Origin: Prochlorococcus sp. AG-409-D09
GTDB taxonomy: Bacteria; Cyanobacteriota; Cyanobacteriia; PCC-6307; Cyanobiaceae
Length of the DNA stretch: 64,000 nucleotides
Assembly (NCBI GenBank): GCA_003215935.1
Contig: QCJQ01000001.1
Location: 11,731 to 75,730, forward strand
Reading direction: 5' to 3'
Shown here: positions 1 to 11,946 of the stretch, one piece after another
Numbering within the stretch: position 1 is the first letter of the stretch
How the letters are laid out: each line of letters begins with the position of its first letter
The notes under the pieces: generated by a model
What the model saw: the letters and a program-made list of their open reading frames with translations, nothing else
Told to the model about the DNA's origin: nothing
Databases searched by the model: none
Translations under genes and position numbers: made by a program

Positions 1-492
1 CCCAAGATTAATCCCAATAACTGAAGGTCTATGTCCAGGTAAATTAATTTGTTGTTTGATTAAACTTTGTTTTAATTCGAATGCGCCATCATTATTGAAT
101 CCCATTCGGTTTAATGCGGCTTGCTCTGCGGCTAATCTGAAAAGTCTGGGTTTAGGGTTTCCTTCTTGAGGATGAAATGTAATTGTCCCAAGCTCTGAGA
201 ATCCAAAACCAAATTCATGCCATATACCTGCAGCAATGCCATCTTTATCGAAGCCTGCGGCAAGGCCTAAAGGATTTCTGAAATTACATTTAAAAAGTTT
301 TTGTTCTAATTTTGGATCCAATATATTTAGTTCTTTTGATATTGATTGCAGTGCAAATGAGATAATAGGTGTGTTTCTATGTAGTGAGCATTCTTCCAAA
401 ATCTTTAATGTGATTTTTGATAAAATCTCAGCATCTATACCTTTGTCCCTAGATAATATTGGACCTACAAAAAACTTGTATATATTTTTCAT
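1..492 (-). CDS. pyrD: Quinone-dependent dihydroorotate dehydrogenase, 5' part (runs off window start)
   Basis: Manual minus-strand translation from ATG at 492: [22 protein letters not shown]...[13 protein letters not shown]...[26 protein letters not shown]...NRMGFNN...VIGINLG, class 2 DHOD motifs. Not in the ORF track because truncated. Confidence 0.93.
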   Translation of the reverse strand, partial: MKNIYKFFVGPILSRDKGIDAEILSKITLKILEECSLHRNTPIISFALQSISKELNILDPKLEQKLFKCNFRNPLGLAAGFDKDGIAAGIWHEFGFGFSELGTITFHPQEGNPKPRLFRLAAEQAALNRMGFNNDGAFELKQSLIKQQINLPGHRPSVIGINLG

Positions 493-528
493 ATTGGTAA
501 TGTTTTTTTGTGAAGATTTCTCATGTAT

Positions 529-1287
529 TTAATTGTTTTTTATTTGATTATTATGTGTTTTTATTTTTAATTTCCATAATTCACTTGTGATTGGTTCTAT
601 TAACCATTGCCTCCATTCCCAGGTGTTACTTTTGGATTCAACTTCTTCAATAGGGTAATTAAGAAGTTCACTAATTTCCTTGCTAGTTAATCCATACCCT
701 TTTTCTGCAAATGCATTTATTATTTCAAGTCTAGAAAATAATTTTTTTATATTATGGGGCGATCTTTCTTTTAACTCATCTTTTTTTTCTAAGTTGGTTG
801 CATTTTGTCTTTTTGATAAATTTAATTCAGTCTCTTTGTTTTTTGAATATGCTACAGCTATTTTATCGACTCTTTCATTATCTTCATCGCCACTATGTCC
901 CTTTACATAAACGAGTTTTACTTCTTTAAGTTGGGACTTATCTAATTTTTTCCATAAATCTTGATTTAGAACTGCTTTCCCAGAAGCAGTTAACCATCCT
1001 TTCTTTTTCCAATTTACTATCCATTTTGATAAGCCATTTATTACATATTTGCTATCAGTTTTAATAATTATTTTTGGATGAAGCGACAATTCTTTTAGTC
1101 TTTCAAAAGCTTTTAAAGTTGCTTTAAGTTCCATTCGATTATTTGTTGTATTTGGTTCAAATCCTCCAAACTCTTCTACTTTTCCATTTTCGTATCGAAT
1201 TAAGACACCCCATCCTCCTGGACCAGGGTTACCGCTACAAGCTCCATCGCTAGCAGCACTTATTACTTGAAATTGATTACTTTGCAT
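529..1287 (-). CDS. rnhA: Ribonuclease HI with C-terminal extension
   Basis: [34 protein letters not shown] and NERVD motifs. Confidence 0.95.
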   Translation of the reverse strand: MQSNQFQVISAASDGACSGNPGPGGWGVLIRYENGKVEEFGGFEPNTTNNRMELKATLKAFERLKELSLHPKIIIKTDSKYVINGLSKWIVNWKKKGWLTASGKAVLNQDLWKKLDKSQLKEVKLVYVKGHSGDEDNERVDKIAVAYSKNKETELNLSKRQNATNLEKKDELKERSPHNIKKLFSRLEIINAFAEKGYGLTSKEISELLNYPIEEVESKSNTWEWRQWLIEPITSELWKLKIKTHNNQIKNN

Positions 1288-1289
1288 TT

Positions 1290-1328
1290 AAAAAAAATAG
1301 CCGGTCTTGTTGAGACCGGCTATTTTTT
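1290..1328. terminator. Intrinsic terminator after rplL (A/T tracts on both sides)
   Basis: A8-TAGCCGGTCT-tgttg-AGACCGGCTA-T6 inverted repeat. Confidence 0.9.
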
Positions 1329-1358
1329 ATAGGAATTTCTTGCAAGATCTTTGGCAAA

Positions 1359-1754
1359 TTATTTCAAGGATACCTTGCCACCTACTGCTTCAATGGCCTT
1401 TTTAAGAGCCTCGGCATCATCTTTTGAAACTCCTTCTTTGATGGTTTTTGGAGCTGCTTCAACAAGGGATTTGGCCTCGCCTAGACCTAAACCTGTTGCA
1501 TTTCTAACTTCTTTAAGAACTTTGATTTTGGCTGAAGCATCAAAGCTTTCAAGCACAACATCAAATTCAGTTTTTTCTTCAGCAGTATCACCACCATCGC
1601 CGCCAGCGGCGGCTCCAGGTGCTGCCATTACTACACCTGCTGATGCGGCAGCAGAAACACCAAAAGCATCTTCAATCTGCTTGACGAGCTCTGAAGCTTC
1701 AAGAAGAGAAAGACTTTTTAGCGATTCCAGGATTTCGTCGGTTTTTGCAGACAT
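1359..1754 (-). CDS. rplL: 50S ribosomal protein L7/L12
   Basis: [38 protein letters not shown]. Confidence 0.99.
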   Translation of the reverse strand: MSAKTDEILESLKSLSLLEASELVKQIEDAFGVSAAASAGVVMAAPGAAAGGDGGDTAEEKTEFDVVLESFDASAKIKVLKEVRNATGLGLGEAKSLVEAAPKTIKEGVSKDDAEALKKAIEAVGGKVSLK

Positions 1755-1810
1755 GATTGGAATTCAGCAACTAAATAAGGAGAAAACGTTAGTTCGAAGG
1801 AAATAAAAGA

Positions 1811-2338
1811 TCAGCTTTCGCCGCTTTCGGAATGCTGCTTAAGAGATCGTGCTAATCCAGAAGGAACTTCATTGATACCAACTGCAACTTTTGTTGCTAT
1901 TGCATTTACTGCACCAGCAATTTGTGCAATAAGCACTTCCTTGCTTGGGAGACTTGCAATGGCTTTCAATTCATCTTGAGACAAAAGGTTGCCTTCATAA
2001 AGGCCTCCTTTTGTCTCAGATTTTTGTGTTTCTTTTTGGAAAGCTTGGATAGCTTTAACAGCTCCACCCACATCACCCTTTATAAGAACGAATGCGTTTG
2101 TTCCTGTAAGCAATGGTCCAAGATCGGCCCAGGCATCTTTTCCATCAATTGCTTGGCGCATTAAGGTGTTTTTAGCAACCTTGCATACGCCATTGCTTGC
2201 CTGAAGGCGATTTCGCAGGTCAGACATTTCTTTGATGGATAAGCCCTTGTAATCAAGAACTAATGCCATTTCAGCTTCGTCTAGAAGTCCTTTAAGTACT
2301 TCGACTATTTGTTTTTTGCTCTCCAGCGTGCGGCCCAT
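1811..2338 (-). CDS. rplJ: 50S ribosomal protein L10
   Basis: Start placed at [30 protein letters not shown]. Confidence 0.97.
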   Translation of the reverse strand: MGRTLESKKQIVEVLKGLLDEAEMALVLDYKGLSIKEMSDLRNRLQASNGVCKVAKNTLMRQAIDGKDAWADLGPLLTGTNAFVLIKGDVGGAVKAIQAFQKETQKSETKGGLYEGNLLSQDELKAIASLPSKEVLIAQIAGAVNAIATKVAVGINEVPSGLARSLKQHSESGES

Positions 2339-2373
2339 AATAATTGGATCGAATCGGGGGAAGAAGCAGGACA

Positions 2374-2502
2374 TGCAGCCAGAATTCTCACTTATGGAGA
2401 CGAGGCTGCAGTCGATTCAATCAATTGAAGAAAAAACCTTTGCTTGTGCCTCGGCAGGACTTACAAAGAACTGATTAAAAGCTCTTTACCTACTGTCTTG
2501 GG
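2374..2502 (-). promoter_or_regulatory. L10 leader (rplJ autoregulatory RNA)
   Basis: Minus strand CCAAGACAGTAGGT...TAAGTCCTGCCGAGGC resembles the L10-leader core; second hairpin TGCAGCC/GGCTGCA at 2374-2410; lies in the rplA-rplJ spacer. Confidence 0.75.
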
Positions 2503-2557
2503 CTGGGCGCATGCCCATATAGGCATATATGCCAGAGTTAACGATACATCAACAAGG

Positions 2558-3265
2558 TCATTTTTCTTGTTGTATTTCTTGTAATTCTGAGATATTTACT
2601 TGTACAGATGGCCCCATAGTTGAGGTTAAAAACATACTTTTCCAGTACTTGCCCTTTGCCCCACTTGGTTTATTTCGATCAATAGTTTCTTGTAATACTT
2701 TTAGATTTTCTAATAATGCATCAGCTGAAAAACTGGCTTTTCCAAAACGCACATGAACAATTCCTGCTTTATCTGCTCGAAACTCTAATTTGCCAGCTTT
2801 AAATTCTTTTATTGCGTTGCCAAGTTCAGTGGTAACTGTGCCTGCTTTGGGATTTGGCATTAGACCTCTTGGCCCTAGGACTCGTCCAAGCTTGGCAACT
2901 TTTGGCATCATGTCGGGCGTTGCAATTAATAAATCAAAATCCATTTCTCCTTTACTTATTTGGTCTACTAGTTCTTCTTCTCCTGCTAAATCAGCTCCTG
3001 AAGATTTAGCTTCAGCAACTTTTTCACCCCTAGCAATTACAGCTATACGAACTTCTTGGCCAGTCCCTTGAGGAAGTGCAACTGTAGTGCGGAGTTGTTG
3101 ATCAGTGTATTTAGGGTCAATACCTAATCTGATATGGGCTTCAATCGTTTCATCAAATTTTGCTGTTGCAGTTTCCTTTACTAGTTTGAGTGCTTCGATT
3201 GGAGAATATGGCCTATCCTCGACTTTTGAGGAAAGTTCTGCCATTCGTTTAGAAAGTTTTTTCAT
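2558..3265 (-). CDS. rplA: 50S ribosomal protein L1
   Basis: [41 protein letters not shown]. Confidence 0.99.
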   Translation of the reverse strand: MKKLSKRMAELSSKVEDRPYSPIEALKLVKETATAKFDETIEAHIRLGIDPKYTDQQLRTTVALPQGTGQEVRIAVIARGEKVAEAKSSGADLAGEEELVDQISKGEMDFDLLIATPDMMPKVAKLGRVLGPRGLMPNPKAGTVTTELGNAIKEFKAGKLEFRADKAGIVHVRFGKASFSADALLENLKVLQETIDRNKPSGAKGKYWKSMFLTSTMGPSVQVNISELQEIQQEK

Positions 3266-3273
3266 AAGTAAAA

Positions 3274-3303
3274 GGGGTTATAACGACAATGAATGTCTCC
3301 CCC
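3274..3303 (-). promoter_or_regulatory. Putative L1-binding site upstream of rplA
   Basis: Minus strand GGGGGAG-ACA-ttcat-TGT-CGTTATAA-CCCC: two helices around an asymmetric internal loop, 8 nt before the rplA ATG. Confidence 0.6.
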
Positions 3304-3367
3304 GAAATTTGAGTGAATAGATTGTAAAGCTTTTAAGGAAGAAGGAATTTTAATCAAATTTAGATTT

Positions 3368-3793
3368 TTAATCTTTTATTGAAATACCCATGTTGCGAGC
3401 AGTTCCTTCTATTACCTTCATCGCAGATTCAATATTAGAACAGTTGAGATCCGGAAGTTTAGTTTTGGCTATTTCTTCTAATTGAGTTTTTGTAATATTA
3501 CCAACTTGTCCTTTTGCTGACTCCCCAGAACCTTTTTCAATTCCAGCAGCTTTAGTAATTAGCACTGAGGCCGGAGGAGTTTTGGTTATAAATGTAAAGC
3601 TTCGATCTTCAAAAACCGAAATTTCTACAGGGATTACAAAACCAGCTTTGTCTTGAGTCCTGGCATTGTATTCCTTACAAAATGCCATGATATTTACCCC
3701 ATGTTGACCTAATGCAGGACCAACAGGAGGGGCTGGATTTGCTTTGCCGGCTTGGAGAGCCAACTTGATCACAGCTAAAACTTTCTTTGCCAT
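3368..3793 (-). CDS. rplK: 50S ribosomal protein L11
   Basis: [35 protein letters not shown]. Confidence 0.99.
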   Translation of the reverse strand: MAKKVLAVIKLALQAGKANPAPPVGPALGQHGVNIMAFCKEYNARTQDKAGFVIPVEISVFEDRSFTFITKTPPASVLITKAAGIEKGSGESAKGQVGNITKTQLEEIAKTKLPDLNCSNIESAMKVIEGTARNMGISIKD

Positions 3794-3906
3794 CGTCGAG
3801 TGAAATTGAACTAATATGGAATGCCTGAATAATTAGTCAGACAATTTGAGCTTTTGGCAAACCTAACTCCTAGAACACCCCAAATTGGTAGAAAAGCCAA
3901 TCTAGA

Positions 3907-4578
3907 TTAGTTTTGTTTGTTGATTTGAGAAAATTCGAGCTCAACAGGAGTTTCTCTTCCGAAAATTGATAATAATGCCTTGAGTTTGCTTCTTTCTCCA
4001 GAAACTTCAATTACTTCACCTTGGAAATCTTTGAAAGGACCTGAGGTTACAACTATTTGATCTCCTTCTTCTAATTCAATTTTTACAACTGTTTTTTTCT
4101 CTGCCGCACGTTTGAAAATCCTATTTACTTCTTGCCTGCTCAGAGGACGAGGTTTTATATGACCTCTAGATTTTCCAGTTGCTCTTCTATCCTCTGCTCC
4201 AACAAAATTAATAACATTAGGAGTACTCCTAACTGCCATCATGGTGTCTTCATCAAGGATCATTCTTACCAATACATACCCAGGAAAAACTTTTTCTTCT
4301 GTAGTTTGTCTACTTCCATCTTTTTTTAATTTAACTCCAGGAGTTTGGGGTATTTCGATTTCAAGAATTCTGTCACTTACACCAAGAGTAATAGCTCTTT
4401 GCTCTAATGTTGCTTTTACTTTTTTTTCGCAGCTAGAAGCAACCTGAATGGCATACCATCTTGCAACATTTGTTTTGGCTGTTGAGATAGATGATGGTGC
4501 TTTATTAACTGCCTTTATAGGTTCAGGCAGAGGAAAAACTTCTGAAAGCTCTGTTTTCGAAGACTCAATCTCGGACAC
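3907..4578 (-). CDS. nusG: Transcription elongation factor NusG (start uncertain; GTG at 4578 chosen)
   Basis: RWYAIQV, EKVFPGYVLV, KOW motif VTSGPFKDFQG, IFGRETPVELEF. Confidence 0.96.
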   Translation of the reverse strand: MSEIESSKTELSEVFPLPEPIKAVNKAPSSISTAKTNVARWYAIQVASSCEKKVKATLEQRAITLGVSDRILEIEIPQTPGVKLKKDGSRQTTEEKVFPGYVLVRMILDEDTMMAVRSTPNVINFVGAEDRRATGKSRGHIKPRPLSRQEVNRIFKRAAEKKTVVKIELEEGDQIVVTSGPFKDFQGEVIEVSGERSKLKALLSIFGRETPVELEFSQINKQN

Positions 4579-4627
4579 TTTTTTAGAAATGGAGGTAGAC
4601 GGGTTTAAAACAAAAATGAGAGGTATA

Positions 4628-4870
4628 TCAGCCGAATATTTCAGATGCAGCCCAGCCAAAAAAACGACTTACAGCTGCAATTGCAGCTGCAGATAAAGTA
4701 ACCATAAGTATTACGGCTATTGATTCGCTAAAAAGTTGCTGGCGGGATGGCCATACGACTAGTTTTAACTCTTCCAAAGTTGAGGCAATAAACCCTTTTT
4801 TAATAGAAGGGCTTTTCTCATCAATATTGGAATCTGTGTCTTTGGTCTCGTTAGATGTTGAGCTGTTCAC
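4628..4870 (-). CDS. secE: Preprotein translocase subunit SecE
   Basis: EELKLVVWPSR motif plus one TM helix; upstream of nusG. Confidence 0.95.
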   Translation of the reverse strand: MNSSTSNETKDTDSNIDEKSPSIKKGFIASTLEELKLVVWPSRQQLFSESIAVILMVTLSAAAIAAVSRFFGWAASEIFG

Positions 4871-4939
4871 TTGGTTAAGGCAAGTAAAACTACTGCGAAT
4901 GCAGAAGAACCAAAAACAGATTAACTGATGCTTGATTAA

Positions 4940-7702
4940 TTAGGTTTCTAATTCAAAAATTAGTGATCCAGAATTTTCATTAGAAGGTGATATTTTAACT
5001 GATTTTGCATTTTGGTATTTTTCTTCTAATAAATGGGTAGCGAGAGGGTTTTCAAGTCTTCTGCGTAGAACTCTTCTTAATGGTCTAGCTCCATATTCAG
5101 GCTCATATCCTTCTAATGCAAGTATTTCTATGGTCTTGCTATCAACACTTAATTTTATGTTTTGTTGAGAAAGTAAGCTTTCTAAATCAACTAATTGAAG
5201 ATTCACAATTTGTTTAAGATCATTTGTTGTCAGAGGCAGGAATTTTATTATTTCGTCAATTCTATTGAGAAACTCAGGTCTAAAATGTTTTGCTAATGCT
5301 TGATCAATTTCATTATTTAATTCCTTATTTAAAAATTTTTCATCGTTATTTTCTTCTGTAAGAGACTTGGCATTTTTCAATATTGCCCTGCTTGCAAGAT
5401 TGCTAGTCATAACAATAACCGTATTACGGAAATCGACTGTTCGAGATTGTGAATCTGTAAGTCTGCCCTCATCTAGAACTTGTAACAAGATATTAAACAC
5501 TTCAGGATGAGCTTTTTCTATTTCATCTAATAGCAAAACAGCATATGGTCTTCTTCTGACTGCTTCAGTTAATTGTCCACCTTCTTCGTATCCCACATAT
5601 CCAGGAGGGGCACCTAAAAGGCGAGCTACGCCATTTCTTTCCATAAATTCACTCATGTCTAGACGAATTAAGGCTTCTTCTTCATCGAATAGTGATCCTG
5701 CCAATGTTTTTGCTAGTTCTGTTTTTCCAACTCCTGTGGGCCCTAAGAAGAGGAATGACCCAATTGGTCTCCTTGTGTCTTGCATGCCTGCTCTAGCTCT
5801 TCGTATAGCAGCAGCAACTGCTTTTACTGCTTCATATTGCCCAATAACTTTTTTGCCTAAATCATTCTCAAGATCTAATAATTTTTGTCTTTCACCAGCT
5901 AAAACTTTTTTAACAGGTATTCCTGTCCATCTTGCAACGACATCAGCAATATCTTCGGCTTGGACTTGATCTCTTAATAAGGAATTCCCAGATGAATTTG
6001 ATTCTAAAATAGATTCTTCTATTTCTTCTTTTTTTAGTTGAAGATTATGTAGGTGCTCATATTCAAGTCTTGCTGCTTCTTCTCTTTCGCCAGTGCGCTC
6101 TGCTTCGAGAATTGCATTCCTAATGGTTTCATCTTTTTGCAGAATATTTTTAAGTTCTTGACGTCTTGCAAGTTCTTTTTGCCAATTGAAGTTCAATTCA
6201 TCTAGTTTATTTGATAAAAAATATTTTTTCTCTTTAATACTTTCTATCTCGTCTATTGATTGCTTATCTTCAGCTTCAATAAATAAAAGTTCTAATTCTC
6301 TGAGTTCATTTTCTGATTCTTCAATGATTTTTGGTTTAGAGCTTGTTTCAATTTTTAGTTGAGCTGAAGCTTCATCTATTAAATCTATTGCTTTATCTGG
6401 AAGGCAGCGATCACTGATATATCTATCTGCTAATCGATTAGCAGTTATCAAAGCCTCTTCAGAAATTGATACACCATGATGAATTTCATATTTTTCTTTA
6501 ACTCCTTTAAGTATTTCTAAACTCGCATCTAAAGTAGGTTCTTTAATGACAACTTGCTGAAACCTTCTATCTAGAGCAGGATCTTTTTCAATAGTACGAC
6601 GGTAACTTTCAGGAGTGGTTGTGCCAATACAACGTATTTCTCCACTAGCTAAAATAGGTTTTAACAAGCTCCCAGCATCTGCACTTGAGCGATCTGTATT
6701 TACTACTGTGTGTAATTCGTCAATAAATAATATTATCCCTGATTGAGGATCACTGATTTCTGAAAGAACAGATCTCAAGCGCTCTTCGAATTGACCTCTA
6801 AATTTTGCCCCAGCAATTAAGGCACCTATATCTAGTGAGATAAGTCTGTGATTTTTTAGTGAATCTGGAACTTCATTTTTAATTATCTTTTGCGCTAGTA
6901 ACTCTGCAATTGCTGTTTTACCAACTCCAGGAGAGCCTATAAGGACTGGATTATTTTTACTTCTTCTGCATAACACTTTAATGATATTTTGAATCTCATG
7001 ATCTCTTCCGATGACTGGGTCTAACCTCCCATTCTCTGCTGCTAACGTTAAATCTCTCCCATAGGCTTCAATCGCTTTTGGTTCTTCTTCCAAATTAAGA
7101 TTTTTGGATTCGGTGCTTGAATCCTTTACATGTTTTTTTTGCAAATCATTTATTTTTAATTGATTATTATTGATTTTTAATTGACTGTTATTTTTACTGT
7201 TACTATCTATTTTAATTGTTTTTGCTTGCTTCTTATTTTGGGAGTTATTGAAGGATTGTGGAACAGGTAATTTGTTTAATTGAGATTCAAGTAGATCACT
7301 TGGAATTCCAGCTAAATTAAATATTTTTTCTCCAATTCTTTTATCTCTACCGATTGCAATAAGCATATGCGATATTTCAATCAGTCTAGAGCCCCATCGG
7401 GCACGAAAATTATCTGCAGTTTCAAGTAATTCCTCTAAGTCTTCGCCGACAAAAAGATTTTCTTTATTTGAAACTGGAAGTTCTGCAAGAAAATCTTCTA
7501 GTTCTGTAAGTAAATCATCCAAATAAATTGGGAGTGCCTCAATAAATCTTGAATATGCTTGGCTGCTAAAAAGAACCTGGATTATATGCTCAACATCAAA
7601 ATATTCATGCCTCCATCTCATAGCAGCATTCTCACCATCCAGTAACAGTTGCCAGGCTTCATCGCTGAAGAGATCAGGATCAGTTGTAAGGCTTCTTGTC
7701 AT
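4940..7702 (-). CDS. clpB: ClpB-family AAA+ chaperone (ClpB2-type)
   Basis: Two Walker A motifs ([16 protein letters not shown]), coiled-coil middle domain, [21 protein letters not shown]. Confidence 0.93.
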   Translation of the reverse strand: MTRSLTTDPDLFSDEAWQLLLDGENAAMRWRHEYFDVEHIIQVLFSSQAYSRFIEALPIYLDDLLTELEDFLAELPVSNKENLFVGEDLEELLETADNFRARWGSRLIEISHMLIAIGRDKRIGEKIFNLAGIPSDLLESQLNKLPVPQSFNNSQNKKQAKTIKIDSNSKNNSQLKINNNQLKINDLQKKHVKDSSTESKNLNLEEEPKAIEAYGRDLTLAAENGRLDPVIGRDHEIQNIIKVLCRRSKNNPVLIGSPGVGKTAIAELLAQKIIKNEVPDSLKNHRLISLDIGALIAGAKFRGQFEERLRSVLSEISDPQSGIILFIDELHTVVNTDRSSADAGSLLKPILASGEIRCIGTTTPESYRRTIEKDPALDRRFQQVVIKEPTLDASLEILKGVKEKYEIHHGVSISEEALITANRLADRYISDRCLPDKAIDLIDEASAQLKIETSSKPKIIEESENELRELELLFIEAEDKQSIDEIESIKEKKYFLSNKLDELNFNWQKELARRQELKNILQKDETIRNAILEAERTGEREEAARLEYEHLHNLQLKKEEIEESILESNSSGNSLLRDQVQAEDIADVVARWTGIPVKKVLAGERQKLLDLENDLGKKVIGQYEAVKAVAAAIRRARAGMQDTRRPIGSFLFLGPTGVGKTELAKTLAGSLFDEEEALIRLDMSEFMERNGVARLLGAPPGYVGYEEGGQLTEAVRRRPYAVLLLDEIEKAHPEVFNILLQVLDEGRLTDSQSRTVDFRNTVIVMTSNLASRAILKNAKSLTEENNDEKFLNKELNNEIDQALAKHFRPEFLNRIDEIIKFLPLTTNDLKQIVNLQLVDLESLLSQQNIKLSVDSKTIEILALEGYEPEYGARPLRRVLRRRLENPLATHLLEEKYQNAKSVKISPSNENSGSLIFELET
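7148..7189. repeat. 21-bp in-frame tandem duplication in the clpB linker
   Basis: atttatttttaattgattatt / attgatttttaattgactgtt (18 of 21 identical); encodes [14 protein letters not shown]. Confidence 0.7.
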
Positions 7703-7882
7703 GAATTTTTCATTCGAGGTTAAAGGCTTTGATTTTTATTACTTGATGTTTGATTCCTCAGATGTATTTATTTATTGTGCTATTTGATGGAAATTTTTAA
7801 AAGGTTTTGAAAATAACAAACTGCTAAACAACACAGAGGAAGCCATAGGCATATTGTGGAACATAAGATCTAATCACATTAA

Positions 7883-9187
<1,305 letters not shown>

Positions 9188-9207
9188 TTAAGGATTTACA
9201 AACAAAA

Positions 9208-10872
9208 TTATCTATTAGAAATCTTTTCTATTCTTGCTTCTTGCCTCATTTTTATTTGAATTTTAATCCAACTTAATCCTAGAGGGCACGCAAATATAAT
9301 TGGGAAGATTGAAAAAAGAGGTTTGTTAGTTGCGGCTAAAATAGCTGAACTAATACCAAGACAACCAAGAAGGATAGATTGTCCCATTGCTTGCTGAGCG
9401 TTAATCATTCTTCTTAATTGTCTATCTGATTCCCCCATTCTTATTTGAAGTTGCAAATCTCCTTGCTCTAATCTTTCTAGGCTTTCATCAAGTCTTCGTG
9501 GTATTCCAACAGCTCGACTGCCGATTTCTCCAACTTGGCGACCAATTTCATTAATTAATTCATTTGGATTTGAATTATTTGAAGACATAATTGGAGAAAG
9601 GTATGGTTTTGCTATAGAGATTAGATTAAAGCTTGGGTCAAGTTTTCTCCCTACACCTTCAAATGTAGAGAGTGCACGTATTACAAAAATTAATTCAACT
9701 GGAACTCTAAAGGGCTTGCCGTATACAAGATCGTATATATCACCGGATAATTTCTCAATTATATTTGAGCTAAAAGGCGGAGTTAAAGCTTCTTTTAGCA
9801 TCACTCTGATTAACCTTCTAACCGGACCAATTTCGGCATTTAAAGAAAGTAAGCCTGCACTCTGAAACTCTTTAACTAATCCTGCAGCATTACCTAGTGC
9901 TGCCATTTTAATCATTGAACTTATTCTTTCCCTAATTCTTGGTGAAATTAAACCCATCATCCCAAAATCGTAGTAAATAAGTTTTCCATGCTTTGACACA
10001 GCTAGGTTCCCTGGATGAGGATCTGCATGAAAGAAACCATATTCAACAAGTTGTTTTACATAATTATCTGCTCCTATTTGAGCAATAGAGGTAGGATCTA
10101 TACCTTCTTTTTTTAAGGCAATAGGATCATTAATTTTGATTCCTGGTAAGTAGTCGAGGCAAAGAACTCTTTTTGAACTAAATCCCCAAATAACTTGAGG
10201 AACTAAAACATTTTTATCGTCTAGAAATTGTTGACGAAATCTCGCCGCATATTGAGCTTCGATACGAAAATCTAGTTCCCTTAACAATACTCTTTTACAT
10301 TCTTTTGCAATACCTATCCAGTCTCTACCTCTACTCCATGTGGGATGTTTTTGAACTACTTTTGCTACTTGTTGCATAACATCTAAATCCAGTCTGAAAA
10401 TTTCTTCAAGTCCTGGACGTTGTACTTTGAAAACCACTTCTCGCCCATTAATTAAAGTTGCTTTATGAACTTGAGCTAGAGAAGCCGCACCTAGAGGCTC
10501 TTTTTCAATAGAAATAATTTCTTTGCACTTACCTTTGATTTGATTTTTGAGAATTTTTTGAACATTATCGAAATGAAAAGGAGGAACCTTATCTTGTAAT
10601 TCAGAAAGCTTTAGAACCCACTCTGCAGGTAAAATATCTGGACGAGCCGATAAAAGTTGGCCAAGTTTTATAAATGCAGAACCAAGATTAATTAGTTGAT
10701 TGGTAATCCATTTTGCACGTAAATGTTGTCGGTAAATTCTTTTTGACTTTGAATATCCATTGATATATGTCCATACTCTTGAATCCCACCATAAAAAGAA
10801 GATTAGACTTATTAATGTATACCAAATGCGTAATACTCTTTTTGCTTTTTTCAGACTATTGAATGAAAACAT
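9208..10872 (-). CDS. ABC1/AarF/UbiB-family atypical kinase
   Basis: IKLGQLLSARPD, AASLAQVH, KVQRP, FFHADPHPGN, YYDFGMMG. Confidence 0.93.
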   Translation of the reverse strand: MFSFNSLKKAKRVLRIWYTLISLIFFLWWDSRVWTYINGYSKSKRIYRQHLRAKWITNQLINLGSAFIKLGQLLSARPDILPAEWVLKLSELQDKVPPFHFDNVQKILKNQIKGKCKEIISIEKEPLGAASLAQVHKATLINGREVVFKVQRPGLEEIFRLDLDVMQQVAKVVQKHPTWSRGRDWIGIAKECKRVLLRELDFRIEAQYAARFRQQFLDDKNVLVPQVIWGFSSKRVLCLDYLPGIKINDPIALKKEGIDPTSIAQIGADNYVKQLVEYGFFHADPHPGNLAVSKHGKLIYYDFGMMGLISPRIRERISSMIKMAALGNAAGLVKEFQSAGLLSLNAEIGPVRRLIRVMLKEALTPPFSSNIIEKLSGDIYDLVYGKPFRVPVELIFVIRALSTFEGVGRKLDPSFNLISIAKPYLSPIMSSNNSNPNELINEIGRQVGEIGSRAVGIPRRLDESLERLEQGDLQLQIRMGESDRQLRRMINAQQAMGQSILLGCLGISSAILAATNKPLFSIFPIIFACPLGLSWIKIQIKMRQEARIEKISNR

Positions 10873-11180
10873 TAATTTATATCCTCTAAATTTCTACTTA
10901 AAGTTATTAGCTTTGTGCGAATTTGATTGATTTGTATTTTTGTATTTATTTCTGATGAACTTTTTTTTGGATTATCTTGTCCTTTCTCATTTTCATCTTG
11001 TTGCATTCTTTCAGCTTCTTCAATGATTTCGTTTTTTAAAAGGTCTAATTCTTTTTTTAGACGATCAGGAGCTTTTTTGAAGAAAACAGATGCTTCATTT
11101 GCCTTTTTGACGACATTTTTTTCGAGGCGAGCTGTCAATCGATTCATGGTCGCCTTTAGTAAGTTTTCAGAATTGAGCAA
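10872..11180 (-). CDS. Hypothetical coiled-coil protein coupled to the ABC1 kinase gene
   Basis: 102-aa helical ORF; its TAA overlaps the kinase ATG (TAATG). Confidence 0.75.
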   Translation of the reverse strand: MLNSENLLKATMNRLTARLEKNVVKKANEASVFFKKAPDRLKKELDLLKNEIIEEAERMQQDENEKGQDNPKKSSSEINTKIQINQIRTKLITLSRNLEDIN

Positions 11181-11219
11181 AAGTTATTTGACAAATTTCT
11201 ATTTTATAAGGTTATCTTT

Positions 11220-11696
11220 TTAAAATGCGATCGGTAGGCGTCGGAAAAGGTCATCAATATTATGATTCTTAAAAAAGTCTTTACTATCTTTAGGTATTTT
11301 TACTTCATTAATGGGTTTGTTCTGGTTTGATGTGAGGTTTCTTTTTTTATTAGTTGATGGTTTTTCTTTGATTGAACTAACGTTTCTTTCTGCAGTAGAC
11401 GGAGATGTTTTGTTTGCATCGATATTGTGAGCCCTTTTGCGTTGAATTTGATCAAATTTATTTATTTCCTTTTTTGGGGAGGGGAAAGTTGCATTATTTG
11501 GTGAAGGTTTTAGTTCTTCTGAAATTTTATTTTGATTGTTTTTTTTATTCTCAACGTTCTTATGTGTGTTTTGTGAGACTATTTTGTTGGTTAGGAGTTT
11601 TTTGGTAATGGTGTATCCGCTGGATAAAAGAACCCCGATTAAAAAAGGAGTAATCCATAATTGAGAGATTTTTTGAAATTCTTGTTTTTTCTTCAT
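11220..11696 (-). CDS. Hypothetical protein with N-terminal TM anchor and low-complexity K/N-rich body
   Basis: 158-aa ORF; hydrophobic WITPFLIGVLLSSGY segment; AGGAG upstream on the minus strand. Confidence 0.65.
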   Translation of the reverse strand: MKKKQEFQKISQLWITPFLIGVLLSSGYTITKKLLTNKIVSQNTHKNVENKKNNQNKISEELKPSPNNATFPSPKKEINKFDQIQRKRAHNIDANKTSPSTAERNVSSIKEKPSTNKKRNLTSNQNKPINEVKIPKDSKDFFKNHNIDDLFRRLPIAF

Positions 11697-11946
11697 TTTT
11701 GTTCTCCTATTGAAATTTTAATTTTCTTAAGTAATTGCTTCATTAATTCGGAATTCCTATTTATTTCTTGAGTCAATCTATTTAAACCTTCTCGTATCAT
11801 TAGAAAATTGTCGCGATTTTAACTAGAGTTGTATATGAAGGACAAGATCTGCAGTATCAGCATAATGATTTTTTCTTATGCTAGAACAAACAATTATGTA
11901 AGATCCATTTCCTCGAAAGAAAAAACTTTATAGGAGAAACAATTCC

